From positions 186,001-250,000 of IMG/VR virus record IMGVR_UViG_3300042465_005589: a DNA stretch of 64,000 bases; one strand, 5' to 3'. This document shows, piece by piece, positions 17,806 to 27,536 of this stretch. Both the position numbers and the translations under genes were made by a program. Position 1 is the first letter of the stretch; each line of letters opens with the position of its first letter. Below the pieces are notes generated by a model. That model had not been told where the DNA came from. It made no database searches and saw nothing but the letters and a program-made list of their open reading frames with translations.

Positions 17806-18273
17806 TTATTTTTTAAGATTTTTATCTAATGTTTTATAAATGGTTAAAATCATATCTAAATCTGATTTTGTAAAAGATTTCTTCATATTAAATAAATCTG
17901 TAAAAAAACTACTTATTGAATTTTTTATTTTATTTTCTATTTGATTATAAAATATTTCATCAAAAAATGATTGGAAGTAATCAAAATGTTCCCCTTTTTT
18001 GTGAAAAACAATATTTTCTTTTTGGAAGTTGTTAATAATTTTTATCCAACACCATTCAAAGTGTTTTTCATTATCATCATCTGTTAGCCTGATTTTAGTT
18101 TCCGTAGATACATTATCTTGACCTAAGTAGGTCTCATGTATTAAAATATATAATGTATGGCAAAAATCAGAATACAACTCCAATTTTTCAGAAGTTATAT
18201 TATTCATTTTAAACCAAATATCTATATCTTCCGGTTTTAAAGGTTTTGTTATGTAGTTAAAAAAATTCTCCAT
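17806..18273 (-). CDS. Hypothetical protein
   Basis: 155-aa ORF; start codon lies inside a hairpin. Confidence 0.75.
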   Translation of the reverse strand: MENFFNYITKPLKPEDIDIWFKMNNITSEKLELYSDFCHTLYILIHETYLGQDNVSTETKIRLTDDDNEKHFEWCWIKIINNFQKENIVFHKKGEHFDYFQSFFDEIFYNQIENKIKNSISSFFTDLFNMKKSFTKSDLDMILTIYKTLDKNLKK

Positions 18274-18292
18274 AGATGTTGTCTATGGAGAA
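18259..18292 (-). terminator. Terminator-like hairpin containing the downstream start codon
   Basis: Perfect 11-bp stem ttctccataga / tctatggagaa, 5-nt loop, followed by 7 U on the minus strand. Confidence 0.7.
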
Positions 18293-18320
18293 ATTATAAT
18301 TGAATTTATGTATTTGTAAA

Positions 18321-19685
18321 TTATTGAGTTTTTTGATTGTAACCAATTAATGATTTCATTCTTTCAAACTCTTCATTAATTTGTTTCGCTTTTTTAGGTT
18401 CAGTAGATTCTAATTTAGTCATAATATCGCTAGCTTTACTACCACCATCCTTATCATTAACCACAGGTTGTGGCGATTTATTATACGCCATTCTTTTAAG
18501 TTTTGCTAACATATTATCTTTTCTAATCTTATTACGTTTTTTGTTAACATCTGATTCTCCTGTATTCGCCCAATCAGGGTTATTACCTGTTTTGGAAGAA
18601 CCTTCAATATTATTTGTCACCCATTCCTCATTTGGATGGATTTCATCATAGTCTAAATTTTCTAAAGCCGCCGCAGTAAAATTATCAATATAATCTTCAA
18701 CAGCCTCTGATGGGACATACGCCTTTTTATCCATTTTAGCTAATTCACCATTTCCTTTTGGGAAAAATTTTGGATTTGTATTATATTCTCCTTTAGAACC
18801 ATCCTTTAAATAATCTTTCATTTTTTGAGCAACCGCCTTAAGACTATCTTCATTTTCTTTCCCATCTTTTTTATGGATTTGTTCATATTTGTTATATCCC
18901 GGAGTATTACCTATTATTTTTGAGTTGGTTTTTTCCGCTGGGTCTTTAACGTTTTTAGATTTTTGTTCTATTATAATTTTTTCAATTAAATTAACCATTT
19001 CACTTTCACTCATTCTAACAGAATTACTTTCTTCCATCCCATGTTTTGTAGAAATTTTATTTACTTTTTTAATAGATTTGTCAGATTTTGAATTTTTAAG
19101 TTTAACACCTCTACCAACTAAAACATCTTTACGAGTAACTTTACCATCACCGGTTAAATCAGGGAATTTTTTACCTTCCTTAGTTTCAAATTTTTTACCA
19201 TCAACCTCAAAATCTTTATCACCTGTTTTTCTAGCTTGAGATAATGCACCGGTAAAAGCATTTCCTTCATCTGTTTCAGATTTTTTACTTTGTCTTCTTT
19301 GACGACCTTTTAAAGATTCATTCATCGAATCACCACAAAATTGTTTTGTTCTATCATCATCCGGACCAAATTTATCCATATGGTATTTACAAGACTCTTC
19401 ATTCTCCACATTTGTTTCTGTTTCAATATCTTCTTCTTCTTGAACATAATCAAATTCATCTTTATTATTAATGTCTTCAACATCATAAATCCCTTCATCC
19501 ATCATTTTACTACCACATTCGGTACATTCCCCCTCATACATGTTACCACCACATTCACAAACTTCAGAATCTTCTTTGATTGATGTTTTAATTTTAGAAA
19601 CTAAAGTTTCGGCTTTCTCCCCTAAATTTTCTTTTAAAACTTTAGAAATCATTTTCTCTAAATAAGTTATATTTAATTTTTTCAT
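18321..19685 (-). CDS. Putative prohead core / internal head protein
   Basis: Several (L/I)-x-E motifs (ISKVLKE, IEKIIIEQ, QINEE), CECGG..GECTECG, EF-hand/dockerin-like DLTGDGKVTRKD; late motif at 19700-19707. Confidence 0.6.
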   Translation of the reverse strand: MKKLNITYLEKMISKVLKENLGEKAETLVSKIKTSIKEDSEVCECGGNMYEGECTECGSKMMDEGIYDVEDINNKDEFDYVQEEEDIETETNVENEESCKYHMDKFGPDDDRTKQFCGDSMNESLKGRQRRQSKKSETDEGNAFTGALSQARKTGDKDFEVDGKKFETKEGKKFPDLTGDGKVTRKDVLVGRGVKLKNSKSDKSIKKVNKISTKHGMEESNSVRMSESEMVNLIEKIIIEQKSKNVKDPAEKTNSKIIGNTPGYNKYEQIHKKDGKENEDSLKAVAQKMKDYLKDGSKGEYNTNPKFFPKGNGELAKMDKKAYVPSEAVEDYIDNFTAAALENLDYDEIHPNEEWVTNNIEGSSKTGNNPDWANTGESDVNKKRNKIRKDNMLAKLKRMAYNKSPQPVVNDKDGGSKASDIMTKLESTEPKKAKQINEEFERMKSLIGYNQKTQ

Positions 19686-19722
19686 TGTTGTTTTTTTATT
19701 ATAAATATATTAGTTTTTTACT

Positions 19723-20496
19723 TTATTTGTTTGATTTTAATTTTTCATACTCATATGAAATTATTGACTTGATAACATTTTCACTAATATTATGTCTTTC
19801 ACTAATATTTTTGATTGCTTTCTTAACTGTTTCATTCTCATATATTTTAAGAGCCTTAATATCACCTTGATTACAATATGGAAATTTTTTACATTTTTTC
19901 TTAACCTGAACAAATTTACCACCGGGTATTTGTGGTTTAGATTTACCTCTCCAATCTTTTTTACTTGTTGATTTTGCCCAAGCCGCTGTTGTCGAATATT
20001 GTCCCGATGAACCTGACCCTGTCGCCTCTGTAGCCTCAACTTTTTTAATCTCATCACCTGACTCTTCAACATTTTCTTTTACACAATTAGGAACCATTTT
20101 ACCATTTTTCTTTTTCATACCCTTTTGCTCATAATTGTTCCAACAATCTTCTTCCATTTCTTTTTTGGTTGTTGAAAATAATGGACCAACAAACCCTCCA
20201 GCAGAACTAGCCCCCTGTTCTTTAGTTTCTTCTTTCTCACCCATTATAGGTAGTGACGATGTCAATTTACCAATAGGTTTTTTAAGTTTAACATTACTAA
20301 CTATTTTATCCTTCATACCTTTTTTAATTGATTTTTTTACTATATCAGTTTTTTTATGTTTTTCTTCACCCAATGATTTTTTAAAATCATTAACTGCCAT
20401 CATACCTTCAACACCCTGACTAAAAACACCTACATTACTCATTTCATCCTCTATTTTGTTTTCTAAATCTGAAGACATATTTTCTTTAATTTTCAT
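19723..20496 (-). CDS. Putative internal head protein
   Basis: Charged low-complexity sequence with CWNNYEQKGMKKKNGKMVPNCV and CKKFPYCNQG motifs. Confidence 0.6.
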   Translation of the reverse strand: MKIKENMSSDLENKIEDEMSNVGVFSQGVEGMMAVNDFKKSLGEEKHKKTDIVKKSIKKGMKDKIVSNVKLKKPIGKLTSSLPIMGEKEETKEQGASSAGGFVGPLFSTTKKEMEEDCWNNYEQKGMKKKNGKMVPNCVKENVEESGDEIKKVEATEATGSGSSGQYSTTAAWAKSTSKKDWRGKSKPQIPGGKFVQVKKKCKKFPYCNQGDIKALKIYENETVKKAIKNISERHNISENVIKSIISYEYEKLKSNK

Positions 20497-20503
20497 AATT
20501 AAA

Positions 20504-20908
20504 TTATTTTAATAATAAAAGATAGGTTGAAGTTATGATTCCAACGTAAGTACCAACTTTCCAAAAAAAATTTTTTGTTCTTTGTTCTTTAAGTTCCTTA
20601 CGTAAATTGTTAGATAACTCATCTGAGGTTTTTAATTGTTCATCTTTTTTACCCATCATAAAATTATTATTTTTATCTTTATCTTCAAGCGATAAGATAT
20701 GACCATCTTTTTCTTTTTCTCTTTCTTCAGTTTTAATTAATTTTTCCTGAGTTAATTTTAACTCAAGTATACAACCATCACCTTTAATAATATCTTTTAT
20801 AGCCAATTTTGCAATTGGTGTACTAATTCGTACTTTTGTTGTATCTGTCTGTGAAAAACTGCTCAAGCTCGTTAGCAGTAAGAGTGTCAACACTATTAAC
20901 TTTTTCAT
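20504..20908 (-). CDS. Exported coiled-coil membrane protein (spanin-like candidate)
   Basis: Signal peptide MKKLIVLTLLLLTSLSSFSQ, coiled coil, C-terminal hydrophobic helix; overlaps the upstream gene. Confidence 0.6.
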   Translation of the reverse strand: MKKLIVLTLLLLTSLSSFSQTDTTKVRISTPIAKLAIKDIIKGDGCILELKLTQEKLIKTEEREKEKDGHILSLEDKDKNNNFMMGKKDEQLKTSDELSNNLRKELKEQRTKNFFWKVGTYVGIITSTYLLLLK

Positions 20909-21182
20909 TTGTTTGTTTTTTAATTATGGTTATATTATTATCTATGTGATTAATATCTTTAGTTATACTAATAACATTTTGTTTAATAGAATCAATTTTA
21001 ATATCAATAGTTTTATTAACTTTTTTTGACGAATCAATTTCTGTTTGAAGAGATTCTATTTTTTCTTTATAAGATTTAACATCAGTTTTAACATTATTGG
21101 TGGTAAAGATATTCCATCCCGCTAATACAATCACTATTATTAATAATATATTTTGAGTATTATTACCTACAACATCTTTCAT
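20823..21182 (-). CDS. N-terminal TM plus coiled-coil protein (i-spanin-like candidate)
   Basis: ILLIIVIVLAGWNIF followed by a heptad-rich region. Confidence 0.6.
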   Translation of the reverse strand: MKDVVGNNTQNILLIIVIVLAGWNIFTTNNVKTDVKSYKEKIESLQTEIDSSKKVNKTIDIKIDSIKQNVISITKDINHIDNNITIIKKQTNEKVNSVDTLTANELEQFFTDRYNKSTN

Positions 21183-21784
21183 TATTCAGGGGTATTACTT
21201 GTTTGTTTTCTTGATGCTAAAACTTTAGACCATTTTGATTTAAATTTTTCATAAAAAACTTTTAATTTATTAATCATTTCTAAAAACTCATCATCAGTTT
21301 TCAACATTTCTCCATTAATGTATACACCATTTTCCTCTCCAATAGTAAAAAAGAAATCTAAATCAAAATCAATTATTCTACCAGACCATTCAACATTGTT
21401 TGGATATAAATTTAATTTATTAAAATCTACTAAATCCGAAACTTCTTCCACAAACTCATTCATTGTTTCTTGGAAAGCAATTTTCTCATCAGTGGTCAAA
21501 TCTAAATCACTGTTCTCTTTACCATGTAAAACAATAATACCACCAACAACTCTATATCCTTGAGATTTATCCTCAGGTGTGTTAGTATCGTCTTCGATTT
21601 TATCTTCAACGTCTTTAGCAATGTTTGTTTTTTTAATAATATTATCGTCTGTTAAATCAACTTGTTCATTGATAATACCATGTTTTTCTCTAATACGATT
21701 GATATCTTCATTAATCGTACTATTTGACAACATCTTTCTAGACGCCTCCATTAATCTTTTTATTTCATCATGTGAATTGCTCAT
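21182..21784 (-). CDS. Putative internal head protein
   Basis: STINEDINRIREKHGIINEQ leader motifs; acidic body. Confidence 0.6.
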   Translation of the reverse strand: MSNSHDEIKRLMEASRKMLSNSTINEDINRIREKHGIINEQVDLTDDNIIKKTNIAKDVEDKIEDDTNTPEDKSQGYRVVGGIIVLHGKENSDLDLTTDEKIAFQETMNEFVEEVSDLVDFNKLNLYPNNVEWSGRIIDFDLDFFFTIGEENGVYINGEMLKTDDEFLEMINKLKVFYEKFKSKWSKVLASRKQTSNTPE

Positions 21785-22367
21785 ATTCTATTTTTTTTAA
21801 AAATTCTTCAAAATTAAATGCCGGACTAACATCAGTATAATCAGTATCAAAATTACTTTTACTAACTATTCCGTCATATTTTTCAATACCATTTATTTTT
21901 GTGTTGTGTCCAATTATTTGGGATTTAATATTCATTTCTTTTAATAATTTACTACATAATATTGAAGTTTTTTCAACTTGAACTGTAGTATATGGTTGCC
22001 AAAAATAATAGTCTCTCCATTTTTTTTCATACACATCACCTTTATAAATATCACCAATCCAGTTAACGTAATGATTAGTTAGTGGTTCTTTTTCTAACCA
22101 CCCTAAATTTTCCAAGCAAACAATTATAGAATTTCTATTTATGTTTGGCGATATAAAATAATTTGAATGTTCATTATTACCTAATAATTGGAGTATTCTA
22201 CCATCTCGAGTAATGATATAATTAGGTATTCTTTTAAATTTTCCATTAAATCTAAGTTTTAATGATTGTAAATAATCCCCAACATTTCTTGAGGAATGTG
22301 TGAGGATTATTTGATTTTTTTTCTTTTGTTTTCCACTTGGTTTAAAACCATTAATTATGTCTATCAT
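21768..22367 (-). CDS. N-acetylmuramoyl-L-alanine amidase (Amidase_2), probable endolysin
   Basis: IILTH, NYIITRDGRILQL, NSIIVCLE, IIGH, DVSP. Confidence 0.8.
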   Translation of the reverse strand: MIDIINGFKPSGKQKKKNQIILTHSSRNVGDYLQSLKLRFNGKFKRIPNYIITRDGRILQLLGNNEHSNYFISPNINRNSIIVCLENLGWLEKEPLTNHYVNWIGDIYKGDVYEKKWRDYYFWQPYTTVQVEKTSILCSKLLKEMNIKSQIIGHNTKINGIEKYDGIVSKSNFDTDYTDVSPAFNFEEFLKKIEYEQFT

Positions 22368-22385
22368 AACCTAACACTTTAAGTT

Positions 22386-23213
22386 TTATTTTATATAACT
22401 TAATCTATTTGGACGTGGTGGTTCGTGTATATCCATTCCCGGACTAACAAAATAGTCATTCTTTTCCGGTTCAATCATTTCAGGTAAATCAGAAATTTTT
22501 GTAGACTCAACAGATTGGGATTGATATACCGGCACTTCAATTATTTTTTCAACAATTTTTTCAACTTCAACCGGTACTTCAATTATTTTTTCAACAATTT
22601 TTTCAACTTCAACTATTTTTTCAACAATTTTTTCAACTTCAACAATTACTTCTTCAATTACCGGAACCTCAACAATTATTTCTTTGATAACTTCTTTTTC
22701 CACAATTATTTCTTTAACAACCTCTTTAACCTCACCAGTACTTGATTTTCCATCATCATACTTAGTAAAAAAGTGTAGAGATGTTAGTGAGATAACCGGA
22801 AGTAATCCACCCTCTAAGAATGCTAACCACCTTTTCATTGATATAACGTCATTTGGTTTTGAACCTAACATTTCCCACACTGGTCCGGTTAGTTCCATCC
22901 ACGATTTGAATAATTCCCCATTAGCATCAATTTGTTTATATGAATAGAAAATATTACCAATCATTTGGATGAAGGTAATTATCCCAAACATAAACCAAAC
23001 CCCACCTTTGATTTTGTTGGTTGCAGCAACTAATGCCGTCATAGCGCCTATCTCAATGGCTATAGATAAATAGATAGCCCAACTAATCGGATTAGCCAAG
23101 TTATACCAAGATACAACGTGGGATATCGATATTCCAGCAACCAATATAATTGGTACTAAAAACATTGCTCTATTTGGATGTTCCTTAATGGATGCCCATA
23201 ATGTCTTAATCAT
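22386..23213 (-). CDS. Multi-pass membrane protein with VEKIVE repeat tail (holin/antiholin-like candidate)
   Basis: About 4 hydrophobic helices, then (V/I)EK(I/V)(V/I)E(V)P repeats. Confidence 0.7.
   Translation of the reverse strand: MIKTLWASIKEHPNRAMFLVPIILVAGISISHVVSWYNLANPISWAIYLSIAIEIGAMTALVAATNKIKGGVWFMFGIITFIQMIGNIFYSYKQIDANGELFKSWMELTGPVWEMLGSKPNDVISMKRWLAFLEGGLLPVISLTSLHFFTKYDDGKSSTGEVKEVVKEIIVEKEVIKEIIVEVPVIEEVIVEVEKIVEKIVEVEKIVEKIIEVPVEVEKIVEKIIEVPVYQSQSVESTKISDLPEMIEPEKNDYFVSPGMDIHEPPRPNRLSYIK
22528..22735. repeat. Coding tandem repeat (VEKIVE / EKIIEVP)
   Basis: 42-bp unit starting at 22528, repeated at 22570 with one mismatch, plus degenerate copies. Confidence 0.9.
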
Positions 23214-23478
23214 TTGATATTTTACTTATTTCTTGGTCAATTTGAGTTTGTCTTGTTACATCTAATATTTTTCTATCAGATGCTTGAATAGCTCTTTTCT
23301 CAGATTTAAGACCTTCAATCTTTATTTCTCTACGAAGTTTTACAGATAATGAATCAACACTATCGTTAACGTCTTGGACTTTAGAATTTGTACTACAAGT
23401 TTTGAAGAATGTTATTACCACTAGGAAAAACATTATTCTAATACCCCAAGTATCAATAAAATTTAAAATTGGTTTCAT
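23206..23478 (-). CDS. Small TM plus coiled-coil protein
   Basis: IRIMFFLVVITFFKTCS followed by charged helices. Confidence 0.7.
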   Translation of the reverse strand: MKPILNFIDTWGIRIMFFLVVITFFKTCSTNSKVQDVNDSVDSLSVKLRREIKIEGLKSEKRAIQASDRKILDVTRQTQIDQEISKISND

Positions 23479-23507
23479 AATTTTTGTTTTAGTTTTATCA
23501 TAAAGGT

Positions 23508-23539
23508 AAAAAACCTTCTATTATAATAAATAGAAGGTT
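23508..23539 (-). terminator. Terminator after the sigma gene, overlapping a late motif
   Basis: aaccttctatt / aatagaaggtt stem, U tract on the minus strand; contains TATTTAT at 23526-23532. Confidence 0.7.
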
Positions 23540-23548
23540 CTGAAATTT

Positions 23549-24349
23549 TTACATATATTCATATAACACTGAACTATCATTCCTTAATTTTCGTAAGGCT
23601 TTCTCTTTAATTTGTCTAACTCGTTCCTTAGTTAGATTAAAATCACCTCCAATATCTTCAAGAGTTCTTGGTGTTCCTGTTAAACCAAAATAATCCTCAA
23701 CAATTACTTTTTCACGGTCATCTAAAACATTTAATAATGTAATTAGTTTAGCCTTTAATTGGTCCTTACTGTTGAAAGCCTCATCAGGCATATCAGCACC
23801 CTCATTTTTAATTATATCAATAAGGGTATCACCATCTTCATTGATGTTCATATCTAAATCAATCATTGATGGGAGATTTTGAAACTTATCTTCTAATTTA
23901 CCACCATTAGACTCAATTTCTTTTTTTGCTCTATGTAAATCTTGAACTACATTAACAGGTAGTCTGATTGTACGAGCATTGTCATTTAATGATTGAAGAA
24001 TTGATTGTTTAACCCACCACACCGCATAAGATATAAATCTAAGATTCTTTGACCAATCAAAATTATTAATTGCTTTCATCAAACCTAAATTTCCTTCAGC
24101 GATTAAATCAGGAAAATCTAACCCTTGATTTTGATACTGTTTTGCCACAGTAATAACAAATCTTAAATTACCTTCAAGTAATTCTTTATTAATCGCTTTG
24201 GTTTCATTTTCTGTAAGTGTCCCTGAAGATATCATTTTAGATAATTCACGTTCCCTCTCAGGGGTCATTACTTTAATCTTACGTATATCTTTTAGATATA
24301 ATTGAATCTCTTCTTGATTAATCGGAATACCCGAGTTTTTCTCTTTCAT
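23549..24349 (-). CDS. rpoD: RNA polymerase sigma-70 factor, Bacteroidetes RpoD-like (no region 1.1)
   Basis: YLKDIRK, NLRFVITVAKQYQNQGL, EGNLGLMKA, FISYAVWWVKQSI, IRLPVN, TLEDIG..FNLTKERVRQI. Confidence 0.95.
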   Translation of the reverse strand: MKEKNSGIPINQEEIQLYLKDIRKIKVMTPERERELSKMISSGTLTENETKAINKELLEGNLRFVITVAKQYQNQGLDFPDLIAEGNLGLMKAINNFDWSKNLRFISYAVWWVKQSILQSLNDNARTIRLPVNVVQDLHRAKKEIESNGGKLEDKFQNLPSMIDLDMNINEDGDTLIDIIKNEGADMPDEAFNSKDQLKAKLITLLNVLDDREKVIVEDYFGLTGTPRTLEDIGGDFNLTKERVRQIKEKALRKLRNDSSVLYEYM

Positions 24350-24350
24350 A

Positions 24351-24926
24351 TTAATTTGCGTATTTGTTTAATTGTATTAATTCTTTTTCTGTTAGCGAAT
24401 TTAAACCTTTTTCTTTAATCTTTTCTAATAAATAATCTAAAGATGGACTACGTTGTTTATTTTTAATTTCGTCAATGTCAGACCACTCATCTTCATCATA
24501 GTCAAAGTCAAAGTCTTCAATGTTTAACATAAAACTTTCTTTGATTTGGTCTTGTATCATTTTTCGTACCTCAAATTCACTTTTATCTGAAAGTTTTGAA
24601 TTATCTGACATAAAGTCACTAATACCATCGTTAAAAAGGTGTTCTGATATTTTTTTAGGTAGACCATATGACAAATTGTCAGATGTGTAAGGTAATAATA
24701 CGTACATAATATCACCAACACCTAAAATCATATCAACATAGTCTTTCACGTCCTGATAGGAATCCAATGTTGAGATTGTGAACACAGATGATTCTGGTCC
24801 AAAATAAAAATTAAGATTTGGTGTGTCTGAAATAACACATAATTCTTCTGCGATTTGTTCTGTAAATTCTTTTGGGTTGTCATTCTTAGCGAAGACAAAT
24901 AAAATGTATTTGGTTAAACCATCCAT
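24351..24926 (-). CDS. Hypothetical protein with DUF6576-like C-terminal helix pair
   Basis: C-terminal LDYLLEKIKEKGLNSLTEKE resembles the tail of Bacteroidetes rhomboid proteins. Confidence 0.65.
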   Translation of the reverse strand: MDGLTKYILFVFAKNDNPKEFTEQIAEELCVISDTPNLNFYFGPESSVFTISTLDSYQDVKDYVDMILGVGDIMYVLLPYTSDNLSYGLPKKISEHLFNDGISDFMSDNSKLSDKSEFEVRKMIQDQIKESFMLNIEDFDFDYDEDEWSDIDEIKNKQRSPSLDYLLEKIKEKGLNSLTEKELIQLNKYAN

Positions 24927-24957
24927 ACGTTATACGTTTAAGTTATATATTATGTTA

Positions 24958-24988
24958 CAAAGATACGATAAAAATTATGTTTCCCAAA
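24958..24988 (-). promoter_or_regulatory. Bacteroidetes-type promoter (TTTG-N19-TATCTTTG) driving the sigma operon
   Basis: caaagata 24958-24965 and caaa 24985-24988. Confidence 0.72.
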
Positions 24989-24991
24989 CTT

Positions 24992-27358
24992 TTATTGGGA
25001 AACATAACTAATATTTTCTTCTTTTCTAATTCTCACTACATTATCCGCCCAATTTGTTACTAATGGGTTGTGGGTAATAACGAATATCTTCTCAAAGTAT
25101 TCTTTAATTTTAGAGAAAAACTCCGATACCATCTCCAAGTTGTCATTGGATATTTTTCCGAAGACCTCATCGAATACAACCACATTCGCTCTTGGCAATG
25201 AACATATCTTACTTAACACGGCTCTCAATGCTAGTGAAGCGATACTTCGTTCATATCCGGACCCGGATGCCATCGGTTTCTCAACCTGAGTGTTGTTATC
25301 AATCATAAGGAAGTCAACTTCATTCTTATCATTAATCTTAACTTCTAATCTAAAGTGGCAACTATCCTCTAACAATCTTTGAAGTTCACTATTAATAAGT
25401 GGCATCATCGTTTTCATAATAAGTTTGGTCACACCGTTCTTACCAAAGATTTCCAAATAGATTTTATAGATTCTTTCTCTCTCAGCTTCCTCAGCAATTT
25501 TTCTAATTGTTTCCAAGTTAGAAGTTATCTTGGTGGTTAAATTAGTCATTGTAAACTTATTATTTGAGATACTAGTTTCAATAGTTTTCTTCTCACCCTC
25601 AAGTTCATCAATTCTAATTCCCGCTTTAATCAACAATCCATCTGTCTTATTGTTTTCAATAATTTTGTCCTGAACTTCAGAGTATCTTTCCAATTTGGTT
25701 TTCAACGCATCAATCATCAATTGAAATCGTTCAACACTTAATTCATATTTCTCTTTGATAAGTTTGTTTTTCTCATACTCATCAAATTCCTTTTTAAGAT
25801 TAACAAAACCTTCTTCTCTGCCGGTTAACTCACGCATTAACCCCAATAATTCCTCTTTGTGCGTGATAAGTCCGGCAAGTTCTCCAATTTTAGCGTTAGT
25901 AATTGCAGCATTCATCAGTTCAATACCACAGTGCTCACATTTGATTCCACCATCAACCGAACTCTTCAGTTCTTCAATACTTTTAATCTTCGCATTGTTC
26001 TCCGCTTGTTTGGTAATCAAATCTTTAATCTCTTGTTTTACCTCATCGTGTTTATCCTCGTGGTAAAATTCAGATGGTTCAACAACCTTAACACCATCTC
26101 TATCTGAAATAGCTTTAGCTTTCTGTAAGTCCAACCCATTAATTTCCTCTTGGACTTTGTCCGGTGATACTAGTGTTAAATCTCTATCAATATTATGTTT
26201 GGAGTTTAATAACCCATCACGATATTCCTGACCCTTAAGGATTCTTGTTTTAGCATCTTCCAACTGAATATCTAATGTAAGATTAGTTTCTGTTAGGGTA
26301 TCAATTGTTTCTTGACTAGTTTGATTATCCGTTTTAAGTTCTTCAGAGTTATAGATGTTTGACAACATTCCTTTGGAGAAGTCACTATAAATTTCTTTGG
26401 CAGCTTCTTCCTTACGTTTAAGGAAATCCAACCCCATAAATCTTGAAAGAACTTGACCCCTCGCCGTAGGTTTGGCATCAATTAGTTCTTCCAAGTTGGT
26501 GGCAGTTGTTAGGATGGTCATTAAGAAGTCCTCTTTGGTCCCGATAGACGTTTTGATAAACGCCTCGGTCTCTCTTCGTTGTTCTCCGGTGAAGTTTTGT
26601 AAACTACCATCAGACAATCTTTTATAGAAGTCCAACTCGGTCTTAACCGTCCATTCGCCTTTTTTTGATAACTTTCTTTCAATATTTCTCAATATGATAT
26701 ACTCCTCACCATCAATTGTAATCTCACCTTTCACGGCAACTTTGTTTCTCTCTGTAAACCTGTTGAATATCTCCTCCGCTTTTGATGTCTTGGTTGTTTC
26801 ATTAAAGAATAAGAACATAAGTAAATCTACAGTAAGAACTGTCTTACCCCCAAAGTTAGGCGGGTTTGACTCCACAACCGTAATCCCATCACACTTCTCA
26901 AAATCTATCTTCTGATTCTCACCATACGATAGGAAGTTTGAGAACTCGATGTTCTTAATGTACCATCTCTTAAACGGAGTGGCATCGGTTTGGTCCTGTA
27001 ACAATTTGTTATCCACAATACTATTAAGTTGGTAGATATCATCGTAGTGTTCCATATTCCCTTTTGACTCCAAGAATGAACGAACTAACTCTAATTGATA
27101 GTTCTCATCCAAAATGTTAAATGATATGTCTACGGTATGTGTGGTGTCGTCAGCAACCTTTGTCTTCGTGATTACGTTGACGTTGGTTGTGTTATACTTC
27201 TTTTGAAAGTAATGACGAACACTCTTTATTTTTTCTTGTGTAAAATTCTCAGCATAATCCTCCCATACAACCTGTAGGTAAGGATTATCCAAGTTTACAA
27301 TATCTAAATCTTCCATTATTGTGTAATTAAATTGTGGTGGGGGATTAAATAAATCCAT
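24992..27358 (-). CDS. sbcC: SbcC/Rad50/gp46-like recombination ATPase with about 130-aa N-terminal extension
   Basis: IEFSNFLSYG, NFGGKT P-loop, coiled coils around zinc hook CEHC, ASGSGYE signature, VVFDEVFG Walker B, ITH. Confidence 0.93.
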   Translation of the reverse strand: MDLFNPPPQFNYTIMEDLDIVNLDNPYLQVVWEDYAENFTQEKIKSVRHYFQKKYNTTNVNVITKTKVADDTTHTVDISFNILDENYQLELVRSFLESKGNMEHYDDIYQLNSIVDNKLLQDQTDATPFKRWYIKNIEFSNFLSYGENQKIDFEKCDGITVVESNPPNFGGKTVLTVDLLMFLFFNETTKTSKAEEIFNRFTERNKVAVKGEITIDGEEYIILRNIERKLSKKGEWTVKTELDFYKRLSDGSLQNFTGEQRRETEAFIKTSIGTKEDFLMTILTTATNLEELIDAKPTARGQVLSRFMGLDFLKRKEEAAKEIYSDFSKGMLSNIYNSEELKTDNQTSQETIDTLTETNLTLDIQLEDAKTRILKGQEYRDGLLNSKHNIDRDLTLVSPDKVQEEINGLDLQKAKAISDRDGVKVVEPSEFYHEDKHDEVKQEIKDLITKQAENNAKIKSIEELKSSVDGGIKCEHCGIELMNAAITNAKIGELAGLITHKEELLGLMRELTGREEGFVNLKKEFDEYEKNKLIKEKYELSVERFQLMIDALKTKLERYSEVQDKIIENNKTDGLLIKAGIRIDELEGEKKTIETSISNNKFTMTNLTTKITSNLETIRKIAEEAERERIYKIYLEIFGKNGVTKLIMKTMMPLINSELQRLLEDSCHFRLEVKINDKNEVDFLMIDNNTQVEKPMASGSGYERSIASLALRAVLSKICSLPRANVVVFDEVFGKISNDNLEMVSEFFSKIKEYFEKIFVITHNPLVTNWADNVVRIRKEENISYVSQ

Positions 27359-27359
27359 T

Positions 27360-27536
27360 TTATTTTTTGTCTAAATCATTCCCGAATAAATCGTGATAAA
27401 ATGTTGGTGTTCTCATAATTACCGGTTCAGCATTGGGCTCAATGTCTTTATATTTATCAAAGATTTCTTTTCGTTTCTTGTTTAAGACCCTCATTTGATT
27501 AATCACCTCAATATATTCTTCATTTAACTTCTCCAT
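27360..27536 (-). CDS. Small hypothetical protein, 58 aa
   Basis: Manual translation MEKLNEEYIEVINQMRVLNKKRKEIFDKY...; exactly fills the gap between its neighbours. Confidence 0.6.
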   Translation of the reverse strand: MEKLNEEYIEVINQMRVLNKKRKEIFDKYKDIEPNAEPVIMRTPTFYHDLFGNDLDKK

